Positions 1-10,117 of a stretch of DNA of 64,000 nt are shown piece by piece (the stretch's first letter is position 1; the number at the start of each line of letters is the position of its first letter). Source of the stretch: Myxococcota bacterium (GTDB lineage: Bacteria; Myxococcota_A; UBA9160; UBA4427). The stretch spans positions 384,001 through 448,000 of the forward strand of contig OZ252299.1 of the NCBI GenBank assembly GCA_965250285.1, read 5' to 3'. The notes under the pieces are model-generated. The model was not told the origin of the DNA, did no database searches, and saw only the letters and a list, made by a program, of their open reading frames with translations. Both the position numbers and the translations under genes were made by a program.

Positions 1-79
1 GCCATGGGGGTGTCCTCTCACTTCGGGTGTCGGGGCAGCTTCGCCGAGACCGGGCGCTCGGGCAAACGGAGCGCCGCAT

Positions 80-1333
80 TCAGGAGACGAGCGGCGGGGG
101 CTTGCCTTCGGGCGCCGGCGATCGACGAAACGCGAGCCAGGCGACGCTGCATGCGACGAGAAAGCCGACACCCAGCACGAGCAGCACCGGGTGATCGCCG
201 TGTCGTTCGATCGCGAAGCCGGTCGCCGGCCCGATCACGCAAAAGCTCAGGCGAAACACCAGGCTGCGGAGCGACACGAAGCTCGCGCGGTCGCCGCTCG
301 GGATCACCCGATGCTCCTCGTGCGAGAGCACCGGGCCGTTCAGACCGCGGCACAGGCACAGCGCGAAGTAGAACGCGAAGCCATAGAGGGCGTGCGTGAG
401 TCCCATCCCGAAGTAGCCGACGCCAACGAGAGCCAGCGCGGTGAGCAGCACGGCGTGGGTGCCAAAGCGCCGCTCGGCGCCGGTCGCCGCCAGTGAGCCG
501 ATCGCGACGACGTAGTTGGCGGCGGCCCAGATCGGACCGATCCACGCGACCGGGACGCCCGCCTTCTCGGCATACAGGGCGACGATCCACACGGGCACGA
601 AGGTCGATAGCCCGAACAGCACCGACAGCGTGAACGTCGATCGAAGCCGCGCCGATCCCCGTCGAACGTATCCGACGAGCGCGACGACGCGCGCCCAGGC
701 GTCATCGACGACCGGTCGGTGGAATGCGGGCTCGACCAGCGCGAGCGCGACGCCGAGCGCGACGACCCAGACGCCCGCCTGGACGTAGAAGGGCAGCTTG
801 AACGAGATCGCGTAGAGCACGCCCGCGGCGAGGGCCGCGCTGCCTTCGCCCATCTGGCCGAAGAAGCGCGCGCGGCCGAACCACTGACCGAACGTGTCCT
901 CTTCGTCGAGCTCGACGAGCGTCTCGTAGAGCATCGCCGAGTTCGTGCCCGAGATCAGCGAGAGGGCGAGCGCGAGAAAGACCTCGGCCAGAGCGACACC
1001 CCAGAAACCAGCGGCCTCGGCGTAGACCAGCCACCCGACGACCGAGATCGCCGAGGCGGTGACCATGCTCGTGCGGTAGCCGATCCGGTCGGCGAGCACG
1101 CCCGACGGAAACTCGAACAGCGCGAGAGCGGCGGCGAAGATCGCCTGCAGCACCATCACGCCGGTCATGTCGACGCCGAGCTCGTGGGTCTGATAGATCG
1201 TGACGATGGCGACCGGAAAGAGCGTCATCATCAGTGTGTGGTGCGTGCAGAGCAGGACGAGATTTCGGCGCAGACCGGCGCGCGGCGCGGGAGACTCGGA
1301 TTGCGCGTGCGGTCGGTCCACCCCTCGACTCAC
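80..1333 (-). CDS. MFS transporter
   Basis: About 12 hydrophobic segments; MFS motif-A-like PSGVLADRIGYR; GTG start preceded by AGGAAGG. Confidence 0.9.
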   Translation of the reverse strand: MSRGVDRPHAQSESPAPRAGLRRNLVLLCTHHTLMMTLFPVAIVTIYQTHELGVDMTGVMVLQAIFAAALALFEFPSGVLADRIGYRTSMVTASAISVVGWLVYAEAAGFWGVALAEVFLALALSLISGTNSAMLYETLVELDEEDTFGQWFGRARFFGQMGEGSAALAAGVLYAISFKLPFYVQAGVWVVALGVALALVEPAFHRPVVDDAWARVVALVGYVRRGSARLRSTFTLSVLFGLSTFVPVWIVALYAEKAGVPVAWIGPIWAAANYVVAIGSLAATGAERRFGTHAVLLTALALVGVGYFGMGLTHALYGFAFYFALCLCRGLNGPVLSHEEHRVIPSGDRASFVSLRSLVFRLSFCVIGPATGFAIERHGDHPVLLVLGVGFLVACSVAWLAFRRSPAPEGKPPPLVS

Positions 1334-1780
1334 CCTTCCTCAGCCCCCGCCGCGGGTGCTCGCGGGAGCGGCGGCCACGGCACGGCCCCGCGAGGAGACT
1401 GGACAAGCGCAGGGTCCGTGACGAAAACAATCCGCGCAGCCACACAGCTGGGTGTGTGATTCGGCCCGCGCCCCTTTGGCGGGGTGGGGCGACCGAAAAA
1501 GCGAAGCACGATTTCTCTTTCGAACTCGGGCAGTTTGGCGTTCGCCCGCTGCGATGTAAAGCCGACTCCACGCGGGGAGACTTGCGGAGGGCGGTGAGGC
1601 GTGTGCTAAACGGGTCGCCTTTGAGAGCCGGATTCAGCGGCGCGGCATCGGAGGGCGGCTCAAGTCCTTGCGGGTCGCTTCCGATCCCGGCTGTGGCTCG
1701 GACCGGGGGGTCGGGCTCGCGAGGTGGGGTCGCGCAGCGCAGCGAAAGCGCGGCCGGAGAGGACACGACGCAGAGGAACC

Positions 1781-4630
1781 ATGGCGAAATCGCTGGTCAT
1801 CGTAGAGTCGCCCGCGAAGGCGAAGACGATCAACAAGTACCTGGGACGGGACTTCGTCGTGAAGTCGTCCGTCGGCCACGTACGTGATCTGCCGACCTCG
1901 GGCTCGGGCAAGAAGGTCGATCCGGCCGAGCGCGCGAAGCAGGCCGCCAAGACCCGCGCGATGCCCCCGAAGAAGCGCGAGGCCTATAGAAAGAAGAAGG
2001 CGAAGGAGGCGCTGATCGCGCGGATGGGCGTCGACCCCGAGAAGGGGTGGAAGGCCCGCTACGAGATCCTGCCCGGCAAGGAGAAGGTCGTGAACGACCT
2101 TCGCAAGCTCGCCAAGGGCGCCGACTCGATCTACCTCGCCACTGATCTCGATCGCGAGGGGGAGGCCATCGCCTGGCATCTTCGCGAGATCATCGGCGGC
2201 GACGACAAGCGCTTCAAGCGCGTCGTGTTCAACGAGATCACCAAGTCGGCCATCGAAGAGGCGTTCTCCGACCCGGGCAAGCTCGACATGTCGCGGGTGA
2301 ACGCCCAGCAGGCGCGGCGCTTCCTCGACCGGGTCGTCGGCTACAAGCTTTCGCCGCTGCTCTGGCAGAAGGTCGCGCGCGGGCTCTCGGCCGGGCGTGT
2401 GCAGTCGGTGGCGGTGCGCATCATCGTCGAACGCGAGCGCGAGATCCGCGCGTTCATCCCCGAAGAGTACTGGGAGGTCTACGCCGACCTCCTGACCGAG
2501 AAGAACGAGGCGCTGCGGCTTCAGGTGATGAAGCGCGACGGCGAAGATTTTCGCCCGACGTCCGAGGCCGAGACCCAGGCCGCCGTGCAGCTGCTCGAGC
2601 AGGGCAGCTATGAGCTCGCCGAGCGCAACGACAAGCCGACCAAGACGCGGCCGGGCGCGCCCTACATTACGTCGACCCTGCAGCAGGCGGCCTCGACCCG
2701 GCTCGGCTTCAGCGTCAAGAAGACGATGATGCTCGCGCAGCGGCTGTACGAAGCGGGCCACATCACCTACATGCGAACCGACTCGACGAACCTGTCGGGG
2801 GAGGCCGTCGAGGCCTGTCGCGAGCACGTGCGCGGGAAGCTCGGCGATCGCTACCTGCCCGAAGAGGCGATCTCGTACTCGAGCAAGGAAGGGGCGCAGG
2901 AAGCGCACGAGGCGATCCGACCCTCGGACGTGCACGTCGAGCCCGATCAGCTCGACGGTCTCGAACGTGATCAGCAGCGTCTCTACGACATGATCTGGCG
3001 GCAGTTCGTCGCGTGTCAGATGAACCCCGCCGAGTACCTGAGCACGACGCTCGTCGTCAAGAATGGCCCCTTCGAGCTGCGCACACGCGGTCGAATTCTG
3101 GTCTTCGACGGGCATACGCGCATTCAGCCGCCGTCGGGCTCGGGTGACAAGACCGGCCCGCTGCCGGACGTCGAGGTCGGCACCACGCTTTCGGCTGCGG
3201 CCCTCGATCCGGTGCAGCACTTCACGAAGCCGCCGGCGCGCTTCGGCGAAGCCAGCCTCGTAAAGGAGCTCGAGAAGCGCGGCATCGGTCGCCCGTCGAC
3301 GTACGCGTCGATCATCTCGACGATTCAGGATCGAGGCTACGTACGCCTCGACGGCCGACGCTTCCACGCCGAGAAGATGGGCGAGATCGTGACCGAGCGG
3401 CTCGTCGAGAGCTTCGAATCGCTGATGGACTATGGCTTCACGGCAGCGCTCGAAGAGTCGCTCGACGAGATCGCCGTCGGCGACAAGAAGTGGAAGGACG
3501 TGCTCGACGAGTTCTACTCGGGCTTCGAAGCGAAGCTCGAGGCGGCCGGTGCCGAGAAGGCGGGCATGCGCCCGAACGATCCGACCGACGTCGACATCGC
3601 GTGCCCGAAGTGCGGTCGCCCCATGCAGATCCGCACGGCGCAGACCGGGGTGTTCCTCGGCTGCTCGGGCTACGCGCTGCCTCCGAAGGAGCGGTGCAAG
3701 TGCACCATCAACCTGATTCCGGGCGACGAGGCCGTGAGCGCCGATGCGGAGGATCAGGAAGAGGCCGAGTCGATCCTGCTGATGCACAAGCATCACTGTC
3801 CGATCTGTGGGACGGCGATGGACAGCTATCTGATCGACGAAGACCGCAAGCTCCACGTGTGCGGCAACAACCCCGACTGCCCGGGCTACGAGGTCGAGCA
3901 GGGCAAGTTCGTCATCAAGGGTTACGACGGTCCGGTCCTCGAGTGCGACAAGTGCGGCTCGGACATGCAGCTCAAGAGCGGACGCTTCGGCAAGTACTTC
4001 GGGTGCACGAACGAAGAGTGCAAGAACACCCGCAAGCTGCTGCGCAGCGGTGAGCCGGCCCCGCCGAAGGTCGACCCGATCCCGATGCCGCATCTGCTCT
4101 GCGAGAAGTGCGACGACCACTTCCTGCTGCGCGATGGCGCCGCCGGCATCTTCCTCGCGGCCAGCCAGTTTCCGAAGCATCGGGAGACGCGCGCGCCGAC
4201 CGTCGAAGAGCTGAAGTTCGTCGACGATCAGCTCGACGAGAAGTACAAGTATCTGGCGACGGCCCCGGCGGCCGACCCCGACGGCAACCCGGCCATGGTG
4301 CGGTTCCTTCGCAAGACGAAGGAGCAGTACGTGATGAGCGAGGCCGACGGCAAGGCGACGGGTTGGCGCGCCTACTACCGCGACGGCAAGTGGGAGCAGG
4401 AGATTCCCGAGAAGAAGGCCGCTGCGAAGAAGGCGCGCCGCAAGAAGGCGGCCAAGAAGAAGAAGGCGTCGAAGAAGAAGGCTTCGAAGAAGGCCGCCAA
4501 GAAGAAGGGCGCCAAGAAGAAGGCGTCGAAGAAGGCGGCGGCCAAGGCCGCGAAGGGACGCGGGGGCAAGGGCAAATCGGCTGATCGCGTCGGCGGCGCT
4601 TCGGGCTCGCGTCGCGCGGCCACGGGCTGA
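1781..4630 (+). CDS. topA: DNA topoisomerase I (type IA) with Zn-ribbon domains and Lys-rich C-terminal tail
   Basis: [35 protein letters not shown], catalytic [19 protein letters not shown]4 zinc ribbons; RBS GAGGAA before ATG 1781. Confidence 0.98.
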   Translation: MAKSLVIVESPAKAKTINKYLGRDFVVKSSVGHVRDLPTSGSGKKVDPAERAKQAAKTRAMPPKKREAYRKKKAKEALIARMGVDPEKGWKARYEILPGKEKVVNDLRKLAKGADSIYLATDLDREGEAIAWHLREIIGGDDKRFKRVVFNEITKSAIEEAFSDPGKLDMSRVNAQQARRFLDRVVGYKLSPLLWQKVARGLSAGRVQSVAVRIIVEREREIRAFIPEEYWEVYADLLTEKNEALRLQVMKRDGEDFRPTSEAETQAAVQLLEQGSYELAERNDKPTKTRPGAPYITSTLQQAASTRLGFSVKKTMMLAQRLYEAGHITYMRTDSTNLSGEAVEACREHVRGKLGDRYLPEEAISYSSKEGAQEAHEAIRPSDVHVEPDQLDGLERDQQRLYDMIWRQFVACQMNPAEYLSTTLVVKNGPFELRTRGRILVFDGHTRIQPPSGSGDKTGPLPDVEVGTTLSAAALDPVQHFTKPPARFGEASLVKELEKRGIGRPSTYASIISTIQDRGYVRLDGRRFHAEKMGEIVTERLVESFESLMDYGFTAALEESLDEIAVGDKKWKDVLDEFYSGFEAKLEAAGAEKAGMRPNDPTDVDIACPKCGRPMQIRTAQTGVFLGCSGYALPPKERCKCTINLIPGDEAVSADAEDQEEAESILLMHKHHCPICGTAMDSYLIDEDRKLHVCGNNPDCPGYEVEQGKFVIKGYDGPVLECDKCGSDMQLKSGRFGKYFGCTNEECKNTRKLLRSGEPAPPKVDPIPMPHLLCEKCDDHFLLRDGAAGIFLAASQFPKHRETRAPTVEELKFVDDQLDEKYKYLATAPAADPDGNPAMVRFLRKTKEQYVMSEADGKATGWRAYYRDGKWEQEIPEKKAAAKKARRKKAAKKKKASKKKASKKAAKKKGAKKKASKKAAAKAAKGRGGKGKSADRVGGASGSRRAATG
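4412..4556 (+). repeat. Low-complexity Lys/Ala repeat (KKAA/KKAS units) coding the TopA tail
   Basis: Tandem AAGAAG-GCN units translating [48 protein letters not shown]. Confidence 0.9.
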
Positions 4631-4687
4631 GGCGACGCGGTGCAAGGCGGGCGCCGGGACCGGCCGGCTGGGCGTCCTGGTTTGTGC

Positions 4688-4716
4688 TTGACAGGAGCGC
4701 CGCCCGAGAGTGAACT
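4688..4716 (+). promoter_or_regulatory. Putative sigma70 promoter of the kinase/regulator operon
   Basis: TTGACA-17 bp-TGAACT, about 50 bp upstream of ATG 4768. Confidence 0.55.
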
Positions 4717-4767
4717 GAGTCGATCCGGCCGCCCGATCGGCCGCCATTCCAGCGAACCCCTCGGCTC

Positions 4768-6033
4768 ATGAACCGCACCATCGACCGCGTTCTGCTCGCT
4801 CGCCACGTCGCCCTCAGTCTGGGCGCGGTCGCTGCCTTTCTGTTTCGATCCGAGCTGCAGACCGGCTACGTCGCGCTGTGGATCGTCGGCGTCAGCGCGA
4901 CGCTCAACTTCATCGCCTACCTGTTCCAGAGCCGGCCGCGGTTCGCCGCCTTCAGCCGCCAGGCTTCGCCCATCATCGGTCTGGGCAGCTGGACCGCGCT
5001 CGCCGCGGTGACCAACGGGGCCAACTAGCCCTTCATCGCCGGGCTCTGGCTCGAGATCGTGCTCTCCGCCGTTGCGCTTCGACTGCGCGGCGTCGCCGCC
5101 GTGACCGCGGCGGCGCTCGTCGGCGTCGTTGCTGCTGAGGCCTGGGTGGACTTCAGCAATGGGTGGGTGCGCCTGGCCCTCCAGCTCGGTTTCACCGGCG
5201 CGATGGGCACGCTCACATTTCTCCTCGCGCGCCGCTGGCTGCGAGCGCAGACCCGCCTCGACGCCGAACGCAACGAACTCGATGTACGGCTCGCCGAGCT
5301 GAATCAGCGACTCGAGGACGAGCGCGTCGTCGCCGAGCTCGGTGAGAACGTCGCGCGCCTCGCGCACGGCTTGAAGAACGCCGTGCACAGCCTGCGCGGC
5401 TTCGTGCGACTGATCGAGCCGAAGGTGCAGGGGCAGACCGGAGTCGGGCCGGCGATGGAAGGGCTGCGCCGAGCGATCGACGATCTCGAATCGCTCGCTC
5501 ATCTGACGTTGGGATCGGCGCCCGCGGCGCCGCCACCGCCGGATCGCGGGGCGTCGCCCCCGCCGTCGGCGACCCACAGCGACGGCGCCGAGATCGCCGT
5601 CGTCGTCGAGGCCGCGGCCGCGAGCGTGGGCGGCGCACACGATGCGTTCGAGGTCGAGGTCGTGCTCGCACCGGCGCTGCCGCCGACATCGCTTGCGGCG
5701 AAGTCGCTCGAAGAGGTCTTGATCATCCTGCTGCGCAACGCGGCCGAGGCGATGGACGGGAGCGGCCGCGCCGGGATTCGCGGGGACGTGCACGAGGGCG
5801 GCTTGCGGCTCGTGGTGCACGACACCGGACCGGGCTTCGGCGATGTCGACCTCGCCGAGATCTTCAAGCCGGGCTACACGACGAAGGAGGGCGGCAGCGG
5901 CTATGGGCTCTTCCTCGCGCGGCGCATCCTCGAAGAGCACGGGGGGCGGCTCGATCTGACGAGCGGCGACGAGGGCGGTGCGCGGGTGACGCTGTGGCTG
6001 CCCGCGGCCGCGGCCGAGGCGGGAGCTCGATGA
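4768..6033 (+). pseudogene. Membrane sensor histidine kinase (PilS-like) interrupted by in-frame TAG at 5026-5028
   Basis: ORFs 4768-5028 and 5059-6033 are in the same frame; reads TNGAN*PFIAGLW (cf. TGGxxSPF); H-box LAHGLKN, N-box RNAAEA, G1 DTGPG, F box, G2 GSGYGL. Confidence 0.8.
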
Positions 6034-6067
6034 TGGGGCGCTTCAGGGCAGGCGGGGAGAGGCTCTC

Positions 6068-7396
6068 ATGAGTGAACAGATCCTCGTGGTCGAGGACGAG
6101 CGCTCGGCCGCTGACTATCTGAAGACCGTGCTCGTCGATCTCGGCTACGACGTCCGCGTCACCGGCAACGGCATCGAGGCGCTCATCGCGCTCGAGGCAA
6201 ACGCGTACGACCTCGTCGTATCCGATCTGCGAATGCCTCAGATGGACGGCTTCGAGTTGCTCAGTCACGTGAAGCAGCGTTGGCCGCGGCTGCCCGTGAT
6301 CGTCTTGACCGGCGAGTCGGAGGTGAGCGGCATCGTCGAAGCGGTGCAGCTCGGTGCAACCAACTATCTGATGAAGCCCGCGACGCCGCCGCTGATCGAG
6401 TCGGCGGTGCGTCGAGCGCTCTCTGCGCGACCCGAACCGGTCGGCGACGATGCATCGATCCCCGAGCTGATCGGCCGCAGCCCGGCCATGGTCGAGGTGC
6501 GTCACCGCGTGGTCATGGCGGCGCGGAGCGACGTACACGTCATGGTCACGGGCGATACGGGCACGGGTAAAGAGCTCGTCTCGCGCGCGATCCATCGGCA
6601 CTCGGCTCAGGCCGACGGGCCCTTCATCGCGCACAACTGTGCCATCGCGCCCCACGATCTCTTCGAGAGCGAGTTCTTCGGCCACCGCAAGGGCTCGTTC
6701 ACCGGCGCCGATCGCGATCGTCTCGGTCTGCTACGCGAGGCCGATGGCGGCATGCTCTTCCTCGACGAGCTCGAGACGCTCCAGATGGTTCATCAGGCGA
6801 AGCTCCTGCGCGTCATCGATGACGGCGAGGTCCGGCCGGTCGGCGACGAGCGGGCCTACCGCGCCTCGGTGCGCTTCGTGGCCGCCACGAACCGCGATCC
6901 GCGAACCATGATCGAGGCCGACGAGCTGCGATCCGACCTCTACTACCGATTGCGCGGCATCGAGATCGCGCTGCCCCGACTCAGCGAGCGCGCCGACGAC
7001 ATTCCGCTGCTCGTCGAGCACTTCCTCGGCGAGGAGGGCCCCGAGCTCACCGACGACGCCATGGCCGCGCTCGTCGAGGCGCCGTGGCCGGGCAACGTGC
7101 GACAGCTGCTGAACGTCGTGAATGGGGCGAAGGCGCTGGCCGGGAGCGGCAAGATCACCCGTCGGCACCTGGCGATGGATGAAGGCGTCGTCGAACGCCC
7201 CGCGCGCGTGCAGCCCGAAGGCGCCGACGGCGGCTCGGTCGTACCGCGCGGCGCGACCCTGCGCGAGGTCGAGAAGCAGGCGATCATGCAGGCCCTCGAA
7301 GACTGCGACGGCAATCGCACGAAGGCGGCGAAGATGCTCGACATCGACCGCTCGACCCTGCGCCGCAAGATCGCCGAGTACGAACTCGACACGTGA
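6068..7396 (+). CDS. Sigma54-dependent response regulator (NtrC/PilR family)
   Basis: Receiver (VVEDE, DLRMP), Walker A GDTGTGKE, GSFTGA loop, FLDE, WPGNVRQL, Fis-type HTH. Confidence 0.95.
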   Translation: MSEQILVVEDERSAADYLKTVLVDLGYDVRVTGNGIEALIALEANAYDLVVSDLRMPQMDGFELLSHVKQRWPRLPVIVLTGESEVSGIVEAVQLGATNYLMKPATPPLIESAVRRALSARPEPVGDDASIPELIGRSPAMVEVRHRVVMAARSDVHVMVTGDTGTGKELVSRAIHRHSAQADGPFIAHNCAIAPHDLFESEFFGHRKGSFTGADRDRLGLLREADGGMLFLDELETLQMVHQAKLLRVIDDGEVRPVGDERAYRASVRFVAATNRDPRTMIEADELRSDLYYRLRGIEIALPRLSERADDIPLLVEHFLGEEGPELTDDAMAALVEAPWPGNVRQLLNVVNGAKALAGSGKITRRHLAMDEGVVERPARVQPEGADGGSVVPRGATLREVEKQAIMQALEDCDGNRTKAAKMLDIDRSTLRRKIAEYELDT

Positions 7397-7420
7397 GTTG
7401 CGCGGCCGCTTCGGCGCCGC

Positions 7421-9163
7421 TCAGGTGCGTCGGGCGTCGAGATCCACCACCGCGGCCGAATCCGGTGCGCCGCCGCGGCGGACATCGGGCGCGCCGACCC
7501 GCGCGGCGTCGGCCGTGCGGTCGTCGGGCTGAGCCTGGCTGTCTCGCTCCGCCGCCACCCGCGCTTCGTAGTGCGTGATCTCGCGCGCCGTCGTCTCTTC
7601 GTCCCAGTCGAGCACCTCGGCCATGAGCGCGGCGACGTGGGGCGCCGCCTCGAGCCCGCGATCGAAGGTCTCGATCGAGATGCGTGTGCGGCGCGTCAAA
7701 ACGTCGTCGAGATGCAGGGCCCCTTCGTGCGAAGCCGCATAGAGCGCCTCGACCATCAGGTAGGGGGCGGCCCCCGGGATCGTCTCGCGCAGCTCGGGTC
7801 GCTCGCGCATCATGCGAGCGAGCTCCTGAATGCGCGAGCCGTGGCGGGAGATCAGGTGCTCGACCGAGTGCACGTGCAGGTCGAGGTCGTCGGCGACGCG
7901 CTCGCGTCCGTTCCAGAAGCCCTGCACGCCCGGTGCACCGATCAGTGGGATCGTTTCGGTGCACGAGGGTGGCACGCGGTGGGGGAGGCCCCGCGCGGCG
8001 AGGTCGATCGCGTCCTTCGCCATCACGCGATAGGTGGTGTACTTGCCGCCGGCCACGGTGATCAGCCCTGACACCGACTGCGACACCGCGTGCGTGCGCG
8101 AGAGCTGGCTCGTCGATTCGTCCTCGCCGAGGAGAAGCGGTCGCAGACCTGCGTAGACGCCCTCGATGTCGCCATGGGTGAGTGGGCTCGCGAGCATCTG
8201 GTTGACGGTGTCGAGCAGGTAGTCGATGTCGCGGCGGCTCGCGGCGGGGTGGTCGAGATCGAGGTTCCAGTCGGTATCCGTCGTGCCGACGATCCAGTGC
8301 GTCTTCCACGGGATCACGAAGAGCACGCTCGTCTTCGTGCGCAGGATCAGGCCCGAGTCGCCGTGGATGCGGTCGCGAGGCACGACCACGTGGATCCCCT
8401 TCGAGGCGCGCACGTGAATGCGACCCCGCCCCGCGAGCGACTGGACGTGGTCGGTCCAGACCCCCGTGGCGTTGATGATCTGCTTGCCGCGCAGGTGGAT
8501 CGTCTCACCCGATTCGAGGCAGCGCGCCTGCACACCGGTGACTCGGCTGCCGACCTCGCTGAAGCCGATGCAGCGCATGCTGCTCGCGAGCGCCGCGCCG
8601 TGCACGCGCGCCGTCCGCGCGATCGCGAGCGTGTGCCGCGCATCGTCGACGAGGCCGTCCCAGTACTGGATGCCGCCGCGGACCTGCTTGCCATCGAGGC
8701 CCGGGAACAGCGAGAGCGTGCGGCGGCGCCCGAGGTGGCGATGCCAGGGCACGGCCTTGCGTCCACCGACGAGGTCATAGAGCGCGACGCCTGCGCCGAT
8801 GTAGGCGCGCTCGAAGACGCGATGCTGCAGCGGGTAGAGGAAGGGCACGGGGCGAACCAGGTGCGGGCAGAGACGCTGGAGCATCAGCGTCTGTTCGTGC
8901 TTGGCTTCGCGCACGAGGCCGAACTCGAGCTGCTCGAGATAGCGCAGGCCGCCGTGAATGAGCTTGCTCGATCGACTCGACGTGCCGGCGGCCCAGTCGC
9001 GCTGTTCGACCAGGGCGACGCTGAGGCCGCGGGTCGCCGCGTCGAGGGCCGCGCCGACGCCGGTCACGCCTCCACCGACGATCACGACGTCGAACTCCTC
9101 GGTGCGCATGCGCTCGAGGTCTTCGGCTCGCTCGTGCGGTCCCAGTCGGGATCGGTCGGTCAC
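7421..9163 (-). CDS. glpD: FAD-dependent glycerol-3-phosphate dehydrogenase/oxidase
   Basis: GGGVTG, AGTSSRSSKLIHGGLRYL, YAGLRPL, AGGKYTTYR; GTG start with GGGAGGGAG upstream. Confidence 0.92.
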   Translation of the reverse strand: MTDRSRLGPHERAEDLERMRTEEFDVVIVGGGVTGVGAALDAATRGLSVALVEQRDWAAGTSSRSSKLIHGGLRYLEQLEFGLVREAKHEQTLMLQRLCPHLVRPVPFLYPLQHRVFERAYIGAGVALYDLVGGRKAVPWHRHLGRRRTLSLFPGLDGKQVRGGIQYWDGLVDDARHTLAIARTARVHGAALASSMRCIGFSEVGSRVTGVQARCLESGETIHLRGKQIINATGVWTDHVQSLAGRGRIHVRASKGIHVVVPRDRIHGDSGLILRTKTSVLFVIPWKTHWIVGTTDTDWNLDLDHPAASRRDIDYLLDTVNQMLASPLTHGDIEGVYAGLRPLLLGEDESTSQLSRTHAVSQSVSGLITVAGGKYTTYRVMAKDAIDLAARGLPHRVPPSCTETIPLIGAPGVQGFWNGRERVADDLDLHVHSVEHLISRHGSRIQELARMMRERPELRETIPGAAPYLMVEALYAASHEGALHLDDVLTRRTRISIETFDRGLEAAPHVAALMAEVLDWDEETTAREITHYEARVAAERDSQAQPDDRTADAARVGAPDVRRGGAPDSAAVVDLDARRT

Positions 9164-9272
9164 GGTCGCTCCCTCCCGGAGAGCGCGGAATCTAGCCGAT
9201 CGGTCGCTGCTCGGTGCACCTGCGCCGCGCGGTCCCACTCGGTCGCCCCGACGCACGCGTCGCGCCGATGGG

Positions 9273-10007
9273 TCACACGACGAACAGGTCTTCGATCGAC
9301 CGGATCGTCTCTTCGAGGGTGCGCCGCTTCTCGCTCGGCATCGCGATGAACTCGAGGCCCATCCCGTTGGGCAGCGTCTGGTCGTGCAGATTGCCGGGCA
9401 CGTTCGTGTAGAGCACGCGTCCGGCGAGATCGACCGTGCCGCCAGGGAGCGGCAGCGTCACCGCGACCTCGGCCCCGCGCTGCGAGGGACGCGCGGTGGC
9501 GAGGTATGCTCCGCCTCCACTCAGCGAGTACACCGACGTCCGCTTGCGCCGCCCGCTCACGGCGAGCACCGCCTGCCAGTCGGTGGGGATGCGCGTGTCT
9601 TGGCGCAGAGCGAGCAGATGCTCCTCGGCCGATGCGCGGTTGATCTGGAAGCGAAGCGTGTGATCGCCCACTGGGCCCCAGAGCGCGAGCGTCACATGGG
9701 CGTCCCGCAAGCGGTCGAGGGTCTCGCCATCGGGGAACTCGGCCGCTGCGATGACCGCGTCGGGCCGGCCGTCGGCCAGTCGCGCACGCAGGGTCGCCAC
9801 GGCGCGGCCGAGATCGAGGGCGGGCAGGTCGGCTTCAATCAGGATGGCGCGCGCCGAGACGCCGCGCTCTTGCGCAAGGTCGAGCGCCTCTTCGGCCGTC
9901 TTGATCCGCCGGGCCCGGTAGCCGAGCCCGCGGATGCGCTCGGTGAGGTCGCCGAGGCCCGGGTCGTGGTCGCCGATGATCAGCACCGGACGTTCGTCCT
10001 GGTACAT
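9273..10007 (-). CDS. PilZ-domain protein with degenerate N-terminal receiver-like domain
   Basis: RQDTR (RxxxR), SLSGGGA, GMGLEF; N-terminus resembles a receiver fold without the canonical acidic residues. Confidence 0.7.
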   Translation of the reverse strand: MYQDERPVLIIGDHDPGLGDLTERIRGLGYRARRIKTAEEALDLAQERGVSARAILIEADLPALDLGRAVATLRARLADGRPDAVIAAAEFPDGETLDRLRDAHVTLALWGPVGDHTLRFQINRASAEEHLLALRQDTRIPTDWQAVLAVSGRRKRTSVYSLSGGGAYLATARPSQRGAEVAVTLPLPGGTVDLAGRVLYTNVPGNLHDQTLPNGMGLEFIAMPSEKRRTLEETIRSIEDLFVV

Positions 10008-10117
10008 GCGCGCGTCTCCTCCTCTATCTGCTTCGGCGGGGTTGGCGAAGGGCTTGAGTGGAGGCAGCCTCGGCGGCTTGAGACGCCGCCCGACGGGGAA
10101 CTGCAGGAGGCGCTTTG

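Noticed and set aside
4412..4556. CRISPR or mobile repeat
   Set aside because: The repeats are in-frame Lys/Ala codons without spacers; no cas, transposase or integrase genes in the window.
1634..4747. 1037-aa minus-strand ORF, and similar long ORFs at 25414-27876, 17970-20027, 49119-51071, 57356-59620
   Set aside because: Antisense shadows of well-supported genes; stop-poor frames are expected in high-GC DNA and they carry no protein motifs.
5026..5028. Stop-codon reassignment or pyrrolysine at the kinase TAG
   Set aside because: TAG ends many clear genes here (e.g. 14968, 18030, 33390), no pyl genes are present, and the expected residue is Ser, one substitution away.
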